A stretch of 64,000 nucleotides of DNA from Candidatus Omnitrophota bacterium (GCA_028715415.1 JAQURX010000006.1:8505-72504), one strand, 5' to 3'; positions 1-9,249 are shown, counted from the first letter of the stretch. The notes: generated by a model not told the origin, from the sequence alone. Numbers and translations: made by a program.

Positions 1-50
1 TTTGACACTGGAAGTGAAAAATAAATTGAGTAAGAAGTAAACGGAGAATT

Positions 51-3000
51 ATGATATCAAAATTTTTTCTTGAGCGTCCTGTTTTCGCCTGGGTAATTGC
101 CATTGTTATAATGGTGCTCGGGCTTTTGGCAATTTATACTTTGCCTATTGCTCAATATCCCCCTGTTGCTCCGCCATCAATCAGAATCGGTGGTTTTTAT
201 ACCGGTGCTTCGGCGGAAACAGTGGAAAATAGCGTTACGCAGATTATTGAACAGCAGATGACCGGTTTGGATAGGATGCTTTATATGTCTAGCAGTAGTG
301 ATTCTTCCGGTATGTCTTCCATTGAATTGACATTTGCTCCGGGTACTGATCCGGACATTGCCTGGACCAAGGTACAAAATAAACTTCAGTTGGCAATGCC
401 ACGCCTTCCTGATTCAGTGCAACGCAGGGGAATAACAGTCCAGAAATCCACCAGGAATTATCTGATAATTGTAGGGCTTGTTTCTGAAGACGGCAGTATG
501 AACGAAGTTGATTTGCGTGATTACTTAAGCAGCGTTATACAGCCGGTAATCGCGCGTGTGCCCGGAGTTGGCGAAGCAGAGGCAATGGGCGGTGAATATG
601 CAATGCGTATCTGGTTTGATCCTAAAAAACTGACTAGTTACGGATTGACAGTGGAAGATGTTATTCGGGCATTGCAAGATTATAATGTTGAAGTTTCCGG
701 CGGGCAATTCGGCGGCGCTCCTGCTATAAAGGGACAGCGTTTAAATGCTTCTATTATTGTACAGAGTTTGCTTAAAACTCCTGAAGAGTTTGTCAATGTT
801 CCTATTCGTATCAATCCGGATGGTTCAACTATCCGTGTTAAGGATATTGGCCGTGCCGAATTGGGTAGCGATATTTCCGATACAAAAGTATTTTTTAATA
901 AAGGACAGCCTTCCTCAGCTATTGCAATTCGTCAAGAGCCGGGAGCTAACGCACTTAAGACTGTTGATGCAATCAAAGCAAAAATGGAAGAGTTGAGCCG
1001 TTATTTTCCGCAAGGCGTAAAGGCAACATATCCTTACGATACTACTCCTTTTACCCGTGTAGCTATAAAAGAGGTAGCTAAGACTTTAGTTGTTGCGATT
1101 ATTTTGGTTTTTCTGGTTATGTATTTGTTCATGGGCAATATTCGCGCAACGCTTATTCCGACAATCGCAGTGCCGGTGGTCTTGTTGGGCACTTTTGGGG
1201 TGTTAGCATTGTTTGGGTATTCAATTAATATGTTGACGATGTTTGCCATGGTTTTGGCTATCGGGCTTTTGGTGGATGATGCTATTGTTGTTGTAGAGAA
1301 TGTGGAAAGGCTTATGAGCGAGGAGGGGCTTTTGCCTCGGGAGGCCGCTGCTAAATCTATGGAGCAGATTACCCCTGCGTTAATCGGTATTGGTTTAGTG
1401 CTTTCAGCGGTATTTGGCCCGATGGCATTTTTCTCGGGATCCACAGGTATTATTTACCGGCAGTTTTCAGTAACCGTTATTGCTTCAATGCTTCTTTCAG
1501 TAGTCGTGGCCTTGGTTTTATCTCCGGTTCTCTGCGCTTCAATTCTAAAGCCAGTGCCAAAAGGGCATCAGCCTGCAGAGGGTGGTATTGCGATTTTGCG
1601 CCCTTTCTTCAGTTGGTTCGATAAGAATTTCTTTAAGACCCGCGATTTTTACATACGGCTGGTTGGACGCTCGTTTAACCAGAGTAAACGGTATATCTTT
1701 TACTATTTTTTAATCGTCGCAGTGATGTTGTTTGTTTTCTTAAGGATGCCTACAGGTTATCTGCCGGATGAAGACCAGGGGGTAATGTTGATTATGTGTA
1801 ATTTACCTTCGGGATCAACGCTTGAACAGTCTGAGAAGGTGATGGAAAAAGTCCGACAGTATTTTGTAGACAATGAAAAAGAAGCAGTTGAGTCTATTTT
1901 AACGATTTCCGGTATGAATCATTCCGGCCACGGGCAAAATACCGGTATGGCATTTATTAAGCTTAAGGATTGGGATTTGCGTAATAAGCCAGAGCTTAAA
2001 TCTGACGCTGTATCAAATCGCGCCATGATGGAATTTCTTTCATATAAAGAGGCGATGATTTTTGCTTTTTCTCCACCGGCCATCGTTGAATTGGGTAGTT
2101 CAAAAGGTTTTGAGTTTGAGTTGTTGGATCGAGGCGGCGCCGGGCATGAGAAATTGATGGAAGCCCGTAATCAACTTCTTGGCATGGCATACAAGGATCC
2201 ACGTCTTACTCGCGTGCGAGCTAACGGGCTCGATGATGTTGCTCAATATAAAATAGATTTGGATTGGGATAAGGCGGGAAGTTTGGGTGTTTCTGTTGCT
2301 TCTATCCAGAATACAATTTCTACTACCTTTGGCAGCGCTTATGTCAATGATTTTATTAAAGATGGCAGGATTAAACATGTGGATATCCAGGCTGACGCGC
2401 CTTACCGCATGCTTCCGGATGATTTGAAAAATCTTTATGTGCGGAATACAAAAGGCAAGATGGTGCCTTATTCTGCTTTTGCTACGGGCCACTGGGTCTT
2501 TGGGTCTCCGAGGCTGGAGCGTTACAATGGTTTTCCGTCTATCAATATCTCGGGTGAAGCTGCAAAAGGAAAAAGTTCCGGAGAGGCGATGAATGTTATG
2601 GAGGAGCTTGCTGCGAAACTGCCTCGCGAATTCGGCTATGATTGGACAGGGCTTTCTTATCAGGAGAGGCAAGCCGGTGCCCAGGTAGGCCCGCTTTACG
2701 CTTTTTCCATCTTGATTATCTTTTTGTGTGTTGCGGCATTATACGAAAGCTGGTCGATTCCTATTGTTAATATGTTGATGTTGCCACTGGGTGTTTTTGG
2801 AGCGACGCTGTTAACTTCGTTACGCGGAATGCCAAACGATGTTTACTTCCAGATTGGGTTTCTTACTACCTTGGGTTTGTCCACTAAAAATGCTATCCTG
2901 ATTATTCAGTTTGCACAGCAGCGCTTGGAGCATAAAGAAGAACTTGTTGCGGCAACCCTGGGAGCGGTAAAAACCAGATTCCGTCCGGTTATAATGACTT

Positions 3001-3203
3001 CATTGGCTTTCTTTTTCGGAGTCTTGCCTTTAGCTATATCTACTGGCGCAGGGGCAGGGGCACAGAATGCGATTGGAACAGCAGTTGTCGGAGGTATGCT
3101 CTCTGCTACATTTATTGATCTTATTTTTATTCCGCTATTTTTTATCATTGTAACCCGTTTTTTCGCAAATAAGGGTAAGTTGCAAACTGTAAAAGAAAAA
3201 TAA
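51..3203 (+). CDS. RND multidrug efflux pump, inner-membrane component (HAE1/AcrB family)
   Basis: 1050-aa ORF. The N-terminus MISKFFLERPVFAWVIAIVIMVLGLLAIYTLPIAQYPP is the hallmark AcrB/MexB start. The size and layout (large periplasmic loops plus TM bundles) fit the family. ACGGAG RBS upstream. No membrane-fusion partner is visible because the window begins about 50 nt upstream. Confidence 0.9.
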   Translation: MISKFFLERPVFAWVIAIVIMVLGLLAIYTLPIAQYPPVAPPSIRIGGFYTGASAETVENSVTQIIEQQMTGLDRMLYMSSSSDSSGMSSIELTFAPGTDPDIAWTKVQNKLQLAMPRLPDSVQRRGITVQKSTRNYLIIVGLVSEDGSMNEVDLRDYLSSVIQPVIARVPGVGEAEAMGGEYAMRIWFDPKKLTSYGLTVEDVIRALQDYNVEVSGGQFGGAPAIKGQRLNASIIVQSLLKTPEEFVNVPIRINPDGSTIRVKDIGRAELGSDISDTKVFFNKGQPSSAIAIRQEPGANALKTVDAIKAKMEELSRYFPQGVKATYPYDTTPFTRVAIKEVAKTLVVAIILVFLVMYLFMGNIRATLIPTIAVPVVLLGTFGVLALFGYSINMLTMFAMVLAIGLLVDDAIVVVENVERLMSEEGLLPREAAAKSMEQITPALIGIGLVLSAVFGPMAFFSGSTGIIYRQFSVTVIASMLLSVVVALVLSPVLCASILKPVPKGHQPAEGGIAILRPFFSWFDKNFFKTRDFYIRLVGRSFNQSKRYIFYYFLIVAVMLFVFLRMPTGYLPDEDQGVMLIMCNLPSGSTLEQSEKVMEKVRQYFVDNEKEAVESILTISGMNHSGHGQNTGMAFIKLKDWDLRNKPELKSDAVSNRAMMEFLSYKEAMIFAFSPPAIVELGSSKGFEFELLDRGGAGHEKLMEARNQLLGMAYKDPRLTRVRANGLDDVAQYKIDLDWDKAGSLGVSVASIQNTISTTFGSAYVNDFIKDGRIKHVDIQADAPYRMLPDDLKNLYVRNTKGKMVPYSAFATGHWVFGSPRLERYNGFPSINISGEAAKGKSSGEAMNVMEELAAKLPREFGYDWTGLSYQERQAGAQVGPLYAFSILIIFLCVAALYESWSIPIVNMLMLPLGVFGATLLTSLRGMPNDVYFQIGFLTTLGLSTKNAILIIQFAQQRLEHKEELVAATLGAVKTRFRPVIMTSLAFFFGVLPLAISTGAGAGAQNAIGTAVVGGMLSATFIDLIFIPLFFIIVTRFFANKGKLQTVKEK

Positions 3204-3204
3204 T

Positions 3205-4695
3205 ATGAAACGAATACTTATTTTGATTATAGGAATTGCTATTTTCCTGAGTGGCTGTACTATGGCTCCGAAGTATAAGAAGCCGCAAGCTCCGATTTCC
3301 AGCAATTGGCCTACAGGGGATGCTTATTCTACAGACAAACAGGCAGCTAATGTTAAGGATGTTACTAAATTAAAATGGCGAGAATTTTTTACTGATCCGA
3401 GATTGCAAACGATTATTCAGACGGCTATACATAATAACCGAGACCTGCGGCTTGCTGTTTTGAATGTTGAAAAGGCACGGGCATTATACGGAATTTCGTG
3501 GTCTAAGTTGTTGCCGGTTGTTGATGCCGATGCAGGGTATAGTAAGCAAAAATATTCTTCTGATTTTGTGGCCGCGGGAACTCCGGATACAATCAAACAA
3601 TATAGCGCTAATTTAGGCATAGCTGCTTGGGAGATTGATTTTTTCGGCCGTATTCGTAGCCTTAGTAAGCAGGCATTGGAAGATTATTTTGCTACAGAGG
3701 AGGCCCGTCGCAGCGCGCAGATTACGCTTTTGTCTGAAGTTGCCAGAGCGTATATGATTATTGCTGCAGACCGGGAGAATCTTAAATTAGCTCAGTCCAC
3801 ACTTGAGGCGCAGAAAGGCGTATATAATTTAGTATTGCAAAAATATAAACTTAATCTTGTAAATGAAATTGATTTACAGCGGTCCAGAACCCAGGTGGAT
3901 ACTGCTATGGGAGATGTCGTGCTTTACACGCAACAGTTAGCAAAGGATCAAAACGCGTTAAATCTTCTGGCTGGTTCTGTAGTGCCGGAAAATCTATTGC
4001 CTGCTGGCTTGACAGAAATTACTCCGCTTACCGATATTTTCCCCGGGCTATCTTCCGAGGTATTGCTTAGGCGCCCGGATATTATAAGTGCGGAACACAA
4101 ATTAAAAGGCGCCTATGCTAATATTGGGGCAGCCCGTGCTGCTTTTTTCCCTACTATTTCACTTACAACTACTCTTGGTTCGGCAAGCAATCAATTCTCT
4201 GGTTTATTCTCAGGCGGTAGGGGTACGTGGAGCTATGCGCCACAAGTTGTGATGCCAATTTTTGATCCAAGTATATGGTTTGCATATAGAGTTAGTGAAA
4301 CGTCTCGCAAAATAGCACTGGCTCAATATGAAAAAACCATTCAAACAGCCTTCAAGGAAGTAGCTGATGTCCTTGCTGTGCAAGGCACAGTTAACCAGCA
4401 AATAGTGTTGCAGCAATCTATGGTTGATTCCGCGCAGAAAGTTTATACCCTTTCAAGCAAGCGCTATACAAATGGAATTGATAGCTACTTGAGTGTTCTT
4501 GATGCGCAGCGATCGCTTTACAGGGCACAGCGGGAGCTCATCCTCATGCAGTTATCCAAGTTGGTTAACGAGGTAAAGGCTTATGCGGTATTGGGTGGAG
4601 GAGGATTGGATGATACGGTTGAGCAGAGGCGGGATAACCGTGGTTCCTTTGAGGAAAAGATTCTTTCATTGTTAGATCAAAAGTTTAGAAAATAG
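3205..4695 (+). CDS. RND efflux outer-membrane factor lipoprotein (NodT/OprM family)
   Basis: ATG lies 2 nt after the pump stop codon. Signal peptide with lipobox LSGC. 496 aa with the two-repeat TolC-like layout of this family. Confidence 0.85.
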   Translation: MKRILILIIGIAIFLSGCTMAPKYKKPQAPISSNWPTGDAYSTDKQAANVKDVTKLKWREFFTDPRLQTIIQTAIHNNRDLRLAVLNVEKARALYGISWSKLLPVVDADAGYSKQKYSSDFVAAGTPDTIKQYSANLGIAAWEIDFFGRIRSLSKQALEDYFATEEARRSAQITLLSEVARAYMIIAADRENLKLAQSTLEAQKGVYNLVLQKYKLNLVNEIDLQRSRTQVDTAMGDVVLYTQQLAKDQNALNLLAGSVVPENLLPAGLTEITPLTDIFPGLSSEVLLRRPDIISAEHKLKGAYANIGAARAAFFPTISLTTTLGSASNQFSGLFSGGRGTWSYAPQVVMPIFDPSIWFAYRVSETSRKIALAQYEKTIQTAFKEVADVLAVQGTVNQQIVLQQSMVDSAQKVYTLSSKRYTNGIDSYLSVLDAQRSLYRAQRELILMQLSKLVNEVKAYAVLGGGGLDDTVEQRRDNRGSFEEKILSLLDQKFRK

Positions 4696-4716
4696 AAATA
4701 CTTAAGTTAATAATCA

Positions 4717-4744
4717 TTGACAAACGGTGGATTTGTGATATACT
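4717..4744 (+). promoter_or_regulatory. sigma70-type promoter for cspA (TTGACA, 16 nt spacer, TGaTATACT extended -10)
   Basis: Read directly from the sequence. Sits about 210 nt upstream of the cspA ATG. Confidence 0.45.
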
Positions 4745-4772
4745 AAATAAAGTAAAAGTTTAGAAGTCTTAG

Positions 4773-4807
4773 CCGTAAGGACAGGATATCTGACCTTGCG
4801 GTTTTTT
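4773..4807 (+). promoter_or_regulatory. Terminator-like hairpin plus U6 inside the long cspA 5' leader
   Basis: CCGTAAGGACA/TGACCTTGCGG stem with a G.U pair, followed by TTTTTT. Further GC-rich stems lie at about 4845-4900. Confidence 0.4.
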
Positions 4808-4957
4808 GTTTGTCATTGTTTGTCTAGCTGGGAATCTAAGAATTCGAAGCGGCACCTCGCCTTAAAGGATAGGCGGGTGCGCCCTGTCCGGGCAGGTGAA
4901 GATGATGTGTAGATGTCTAGCAGTTTACTAAATTTCGAGAAAAGGAGGTAACAAACA

Positions 4958-5158
4958 ATGGCAAAAGGAACAGTAAAGTGGTTTAGTGATCAGAAAGGTT
5001 ATGGCTTCGTCACTCCGGAGAACGGAAAAGATGTTTTTGTACATCATTCTGCAATTCAAGGTGAAGGTTATAAGTCTTTAGCTGAAGGTGCTCAGGTCGA
5101 GTTCGACATCGTACAGGGCCCAAAAGGCGAACAGGCTGCTAATTTAGTTAAACTTTAA
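4958..5158 (+). CDS. cspA: Cold-shock protein (CspA family)
   Basis: 66 aa. [34 protein letters not shown] carries the RNP1/RNP2 motifs of the cold-shock domain. AAGGAGG RBS. Confidence 0.92.
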   Translation: MAKGTVKWFSDQKGYGFVTPENGKDVFVHHSAIQGEGYKSLAEGAQVEFDIVQGPKGEQAANLVKL

Positions 5159-5174
5159 ACTATTAGGCTAAACA

Positions 5175-5215
5175 AGGCCCGATATCTTTATTAAGATTCG
5201 GGCCTTTTGTTTTTA
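5175..5215 (+). terminator. Rho-independent terminator after cspA
   Basis: AGGCCCGA ... TCGGGCCT hairpin followed by TTTGTTTTT. Confidence 0.55.
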
Positions 5216-5276
5216 CAAAAAAAACACCGGCCGATCATATACGGCCGGGTGTATCATGTAAGAAAATGGGAAAGAT

Positions 5277-7169
5277 ATGTCTTTAATCAGTATCCAAGAA
5301 GCTACTCTTAGATTCAGCGGCCCGCTTATTTTTGATCATTTGAATCTGCAGCTAGAGCCCGGGGAGCGTATTGCCTTGCTTGGCCGAAACGGCGCAGGCA
5401 AGACTACGCTTATGAAAATAATGACTGGCCAGCTTGAGCTTGATAGCGGGAAAATAATTTTTCAAAAAGGCATTCAGGTTACGCATCTGCCGCAGGAAGT
5501 CCCGGTTGATATGGAAGGAAGTGTTTTTGATATCGTCCTTTCTGGTTTGGGTGCTCGCGCCAATTTATTAAGCCAGTACCATCATGTTACCCATCGTCTT
5601 CATAGGGAACACACTCCGGAATTATTAAAACAACTTGACGATCTCCAGGCAGAGTTGGACCATACCAATAGTTGGGATGTTAACAATCAGGTTGAGAATG
5701 TTATTGGCAAGATGAAACTTGACGGGGATATGGATTTTAAGAGCCTTTCCGGAGGACAAAAACGCAGGGTGTTTTTAGCCCGGGCTCTTGTTTTAAGGCC
5801 TGAAGTTTTGCTCCTTGACGAACCCACCAATCATTTAGATATTGATTCAATTAATTGGCTGGAGGGATTTCTTTCCAGCTATCCGGGAACAATTTTCTTT
5901 GTTACCCATGACCGGTTATTTATGACGCACTTAGCAACAAGGATTGTTGAGCTTGACCGTGGAAGGATTTTTAGCTGGGCATGCGATTATAATACTTTTC
6001 TTGAGCGCAAACAAGCGGCATTGGATATTGAAGAATCAGAGTGGAATCATTTTGATAAAAAATTAGCCGAGGAAGAGATTTGGATTCGTAAAGGAGTTAA
6101 GGCCAGAAGGTGCCGTAATGAAGGCAGGGTTAAGGCTCTGGAACGCTTAAGAGAATTAAAGAAAACTCAGCGTAAGCAGGAAGGCCTTGTGCGTATGCGC
6201 GCACAAAAGTCAGTTCTTTCCGGACACCGGGTGATTAAAGCAGTTCAACTTAATTTTGCTTATGATGATAAGTGTTTGATTAGGGATTTTTCTACCCGGA
6301 TCATGCGGCAGGATAAAATCGGAGTGATTGGCCCTAATGGCAGCGGCAAAACTACACTGCTGCGGATTTTACTTGGGAAGCTTAGCCCCCAAAGAGGAAA
6401 AGTTGTTTTGGGGACAAATCTAGAAATTGCTTATTATGACCAGCTGCGCGAGCAGTTGGATGAAGATAAGACGGTTGCCGAGAATATAAACGGAGAGAGT
6501 GAAACTATAATCATTAACGGCAAACCTAGGCATATCTTGGGATATTTACAGGATTTCCTTTTTGCTCCTGACCGCGCGCGTACGCAGATAAAGGTGCTCT
6601 CTGGAGGGGAACGCAACCGTTTATTTCTTGCAAAGTTATTTTCCAAGCCTTCTAACGTGCTGGTAATGGATGAGCCTACTAATGATTTGGATATTGAGAC
6701 TTTAGAACTTCTGGAAGAATTGCTTCTTGATTATCCCGGAACGCTGCTTTTAGTCAGCCACGACAGGGCATTTCTAAATAACGTGGTAACTTCAACGATT
6801 GTTTTAGAAGGAGAAGGTGTCATTAAGGAATATCCCGGAGGCTATGATGATTGGTTGAATCAGCGGCAGCCAATAGCAAAGCCTACGCCTGTAAAAAATA
6901 AAATCAAGAAAGAACCTGTAATAAAAGCAAAACCTATTGTTCCGCGAAAGCTTAATTTTAAAGAGCAGCAGGAATTAGATAAACTCCCTTTAATGATTGA
7001 GCAGTTGGAAGAGGAACAAAAAACGCTCTACAATTTATTTGAAGATATTTCTTTTTACCAGCGCCCTCCTGAGGAAATCAGCCAAACCAAAGCCAGGTCC
7101 GAATCTCTGTCTGAGCAGCTTCAAGCAGCATATGACCGGTGGGATTATTTGGCAGAATTGGCAGAGTGA
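5277..7169 (+). CDS. ABC-F family ATPase (Uup/EttA-like, two ABC domains plus C-terminal coiled coil)
   Basis: 630 aa. Two Walker A motifs (GRNGAGKTT, GPNGSGKTT) and two LSGG signatures, with no TM segments. C-terminal charged coiled coil as in Uup. Confidence 0.85.
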   Translation: MSLISIQEATLRFSGPLIFDHLNLQLEPGERIALLGRNGAGKTTLMKIMTGQLELDSGKIIFQKGIQVTHLPQEVPVDMEGSVFDIVLSGLGARANLLSQYHHVTHRLHREHTPELLKQLDDLQAELDHTNSWDVNNQVENVIGKMKLDGDMDFKSLSGGQKRRVFLARALVLRPEVLLLDEPTNHLDIDSINWLEGFLSSYPGTIFFVTHDRLFMTHLATRIVELDRGRIFSWACDYNTFLERKQAALDIEESEWNHFDKKLAEEEIWIRKGVKARRCRNEGRVKALERLRELKKTQRKQEGLVRMRAQKSVLSGHRVIKAVQLNFAYDDKCLIRDFSTRIMRQDKIGVIGPNGSGKTTLLRILLGKLSPQRGKVVLGTNLEIAYYDQLREQLDEDKTVAENINGESETIIINGKPRHILGYLQDFLFAPDRARTQIKVLSGGERNRLFLAKLFSKPSNVLVMDEPTNDLDIETLELLEELLLDYPGTLLLVSHDRAFLNNVVTSTIVLEGEGVIKEYPGGYDDWLNQRQPIAKPTPVKNKIKKEPVIKAKPIVPRKLNFKEQQELDKLPLMIEQLEEEQKTLYNLFEDISFYQRPPEEISQTKARSESLSEQLQAAYDRWDYLAELAE

Positions 7170-7228
7170 ATTAAAAGCTTGCAGAAAGTGGTTCTTAGGA
7201 GTAAAGTCAGTAAATAAAGGAGACTATT

Positions 7229-7384
7229 GTGGCCAGAGACAATTATTCTTATAAAAAGTACCAGAAAGAATTAGACAGGAAGAAGAAGACAGAAGAAAAG
7301 AAACAAAGAAAGCTGGAGAAAAAAGCGGCAGAGGCCATTTCTGGCCCTGAGCAAGCCCCTGAAGATCAGGTTGTTTTAGGATAA
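7229..7384 (+). CDS. Small highly basic Lys-rich protein (51 aa), hypothetical
   Basis: GTG start 7 nt after AAGGAG. Sequence ARDNYSYKKYQKELDRKKKTEEKKQRKLEKKAAEAISGPEQAPEDQVVLG. Below the 60-aa cutoff of the ORF track. Confidence 0.35.
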   Translation: MARDNYSYKKYQKELDRKKKTEEKKQRKLEKKAAEAISGPEQAPEDQVVLG

Positions 7385-7466
7385 AGAAACGCTTGCAAGT
7401 TTTGTTAAAAAGACATATAATTACAACTTAAGGCTAAAGCCTTAAACAGAAATAAAAGGAGGAAAC

Positions 7467-7625
7467 ATGGGGTATCAAGGTGGTGGTTTCGGCGGACCAA
7501 GAGAAATGCACAAGGCAGTTTGCTCGGAATGTAAAAAAGAGTGCGAAGTTCCATTTAAGCCTAGAGAAGACCGTCCGATATATTGCAAGGATTGTTATTC
7601 AAAACGTAAAAACGAAGGTCGTTAA
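7467..7625 (+). CDS. Small zinc-ribbon protein (52 aa, CxxC-x17-CxxC, Gly-rich N-terminus)
   Basis: Strong RBS AAAGGAGG. MGYQGGGFGGPREMHKAVCSECKKECEVPFKPREDRPIYCKDCYSKRKNEGR. Followed by a clean terminator. Confidence 0.5.
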   Translation: MGYQGGGFGGPREMHKAVCSECKKECEVPFKPREDRPIYCKDCYSKRKNEGR

Positions 7626-7701
7626 AAGCAAGGAAAGTGTTCCTTGTCCTAAGGGCGAACTGACGGCCTATGTCGTCTAGTTTTAACTTTAAAACTTAAT
7701 A

Positions 7702-7738
7702 AGGGCTCGGCATTGTCAGTGCCGAGCCCTATTTTTTC
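7702..7738 (+). terminator. Rho-independent terminator
   Basis: AGGGCTCGGCA-ttgtca-GTGCCGAGCCCT followed by ATTTTTT. Confidence 0.7.
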
Positions 7739-7755
7739 CTATAAAGGGGGTACAA

Positions 7756-7908
7756 ATGAATAGCTGTATGAGATGTGGTGTAAAAATGTCACATAATTAT
7801 TTGGAAGCAATATTAACGATTATAAATGATAAAATGACAAGAATGATAGTATGTGCAAAATGTAAAGAAATCTTAAGTAAAGAAACAAAGAAAGTTCTTG
7901 CCGTTTAA
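7756..7908 (+). CDS. Small Cys-containing protein (50 aa, CxxC...CxxC), hypothetical
   Basis: RBS AAAGGGGG. MNSCMRCGVKMSHNYLEAILTIINDKMTRMIVCAKCKEILSKETKKVLAV. Confidence 0.4.
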   Translation: MNSCMRCGVKMSHNYLEAILTIINDKMTRMIVCAKCKEILSKETKKVLAV

Positions 7909-7957
7909 TTTTTTTAAGAAGGTTATGGATAGTAAGTAAGGAGGACAGGAGATTAAG

Positions 7958-8593
7958 ATGAATATTTTCGTAGGTAATTTGTCGTTTGACGCCAATGAGA
8001 GTGATGTAAAGAACCTTTTTCAAGGATTTGGGAATGTTGTTTCTGTGACAATCGTGATGGAGAGAGAGAAAAAAGCGCCCAAGTCAAGAGGGTTCGGTTT
8101 TGTGGAGATGCCTGATGAACAGCAGGCGCTTTCCGCGATTACTGCTCTTAACGATAAGGAATTTATGGGGCGTGTTCTTGTTGTGAATCCTTCGCGTCCT
8201 AAAACTAAAGCTCAAGCTGCAAGCAGTTTAAGAGGCAACAGGCAGCCGAAGATTGCAGTTGAAGAAAGAGGACAGAAAAAAAACCGGTTTAATTCAGTCT
8301 TAAACAAACCCGGTACATTCAGGGGCGGCAGGCGCACGAATAGTTATATGAAACGGCAAGGTTTAGTTGGAATTCAGGAAGAAGCTAAGCCATGGCGAAG
8401 TAATCGTCAGGAAAATCCAATGCGCTGGCGTAAAAGAAGAGATCAGCCAAAACCTTGGCAGAAGAGTGCGGGTGAGAGTAAGCCTTGGAAGAAAACTGAG
8501 GGAGAAGCGCGGCCATGGAAGAAAGCAGGCGGTGAGCATTCGCAAAAACCACGGTTTAAAGGACGAAGTAAGCCGGGCGGCTATAAACGATGA
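7958..8593 (+). CDS. RNA-binding protein with N-terminal RRM domain and long basic KPW-repeat tail
   Basis: RNP2 IFVGNL and RNP1 RGFGFVEM motifs. Residues after about 90 are Arg/Lys-rich with four (A/S/P)(K/R)PW(R/Q/K)K repeats. AAGGAGG RBS. Confidence 0.85.
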   Translation: MNIFVGNLSFDANESDVKNLFQGFGNVVSVTIVMEREKKAPKSRGFGFVEMPDEQQALSAITALNDKEFMGRVLVVNPSRPKTKAQAASSLRGNRQPKIAVEERGQKKNRFNSVLNKPGTFRGGRRTNSYMKRQGLVGIQEEAKPWRSNRQENPMRWRKRRDQPKPWQKSAGESKPWKKTEGEARPWKKAGGEHSQKPRFKGRSKPGGYKR

Positions 8594-8838
8594 GATTGAA
8601 ATTGAATGTGTATCCGGTAATTCCGGATATGGAGGAAAAACTCGCAGAGATTATTCAGAAAGCAGTGGATAGCCGCGCAAGGATTGTTGAGATTGCTTAC
8701 GGAGAAGCTGCTGAGAGCATTAAAAAGCGCATTTTGGTTTTTCTGAATAAAAAAGAAATCCGCAAGCTTTATTCTCGTTATGAAAAAACAGATAAGGGCT
8801 GGGGAAGGATTTACGTGCATTTCCGCTGGCAAGATTAA
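8590..8838 (+). CDS. Hypothetical 82-aa protein, possibly a degenerate Smr-like domain
   Basis: ATGA overlap with the RRM gene stop and 3 nt before arfB, so translationally coupled. Resembles the Smr pattern (..RIVEIAYGEA.. for ..RVxIIHGKG..) but lacks the LDLHG and HGxG catalytic residues. The similarity is recalled from memory, not a search. Confidence 0.45.
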   Translation: MRLKLNVYPVIPDMEEKLAEIIQKAVDSRARIVEIAYGEAAESIKKRILVFLNKKEIRKLYSRYEKTDKGWGRIYVHFRWQD

Positions 8839-8841
8839 TTT

Positions 8842-9249
8842 ATGGTTGGATTAGATAAAGAAAAATCACTACAAGGCATTATGGCGCGCTTGGGCGTGCG
8901 TGAGGATGATATTGTAGAAAGATTTGTCCGTGCGCAAGGGCCGGGTGGGCAGAATGTGAATAAAGTCTCTACTTGTGTGCAGCTAATCCATCTTCCTACG
9001 GGCATTGAAGTTAAGTGCCAGGAAGAGCGTTCTCAGGCTCAAAACCGTTATCGTGCCCGGCAGATTCTATTAAAGAAAATTGAGAATTTGATCTTAGGAA
9101 AGCTTTCTGAAGAACAAAAACGCATTGAAAAAATTCGCCGGCAGAAAAGAAGAAGGTCGCGCAGGGCGAAATTAAAGATATTGGAATCAAAACGCCTTCA
9201 TGGCGCAAAGAAAATTTTAAGGGCCCGTGTGCGGGAAACCGGGGAATAA
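8842..9249 (+). CDS. arfB: Ribosome-rescue peptidyl-tRNA hydrolase ArfB (YaeJ)
   Basis: 135 aa with a [15 protein letters not shown]-loop. The C-terminal [11 protein letters not shown] basic tail is typical of ArfB. Confidence 0.85.
   Translation: MVGLDKEKSLQGIMARLGVREDDIVERFVRAQGPGGQNVNKVSTCVQLIHLPTGIEVKCQEERSQAQNRYRARQILLKKIENLILGKLSEEQKRIEKIRRQKRRRSRRAKLKILESKRLHGAKKILRARVRETGE

Noticed and set aside
745-1444. Short plus- and minus-strand ORFs (745-996, 1034-1444) within the pump gene
   Set aside because: Alternative-frame artefacts inside a long, well-supported coding region.
2100-2672. 190-aa minus-strand ORF
   Set aside because: Lies entirely inside the confidently assigned RND pump gene on the opposite strand. 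No RBS and low-complexity translation. A typical antisense artefact.
6997-7254. 85-aa ORF overlapping the 3' end of the ABC-F gene
   Set aside because: Out of frame with the ABC-F gene and without an SD. The GTG-initiated 51-aa ORF at 7229 with an AAGGAG site is the better candidate in this region.
8367-8672. 101-aa ORF in an alternative frame over the RRM-protein tail
   Set aside because: Overlaps the KPW-repeat region of a gene with clear RRM motifs and an SD. An alternative-frame artefact of the repetitive basic tail.
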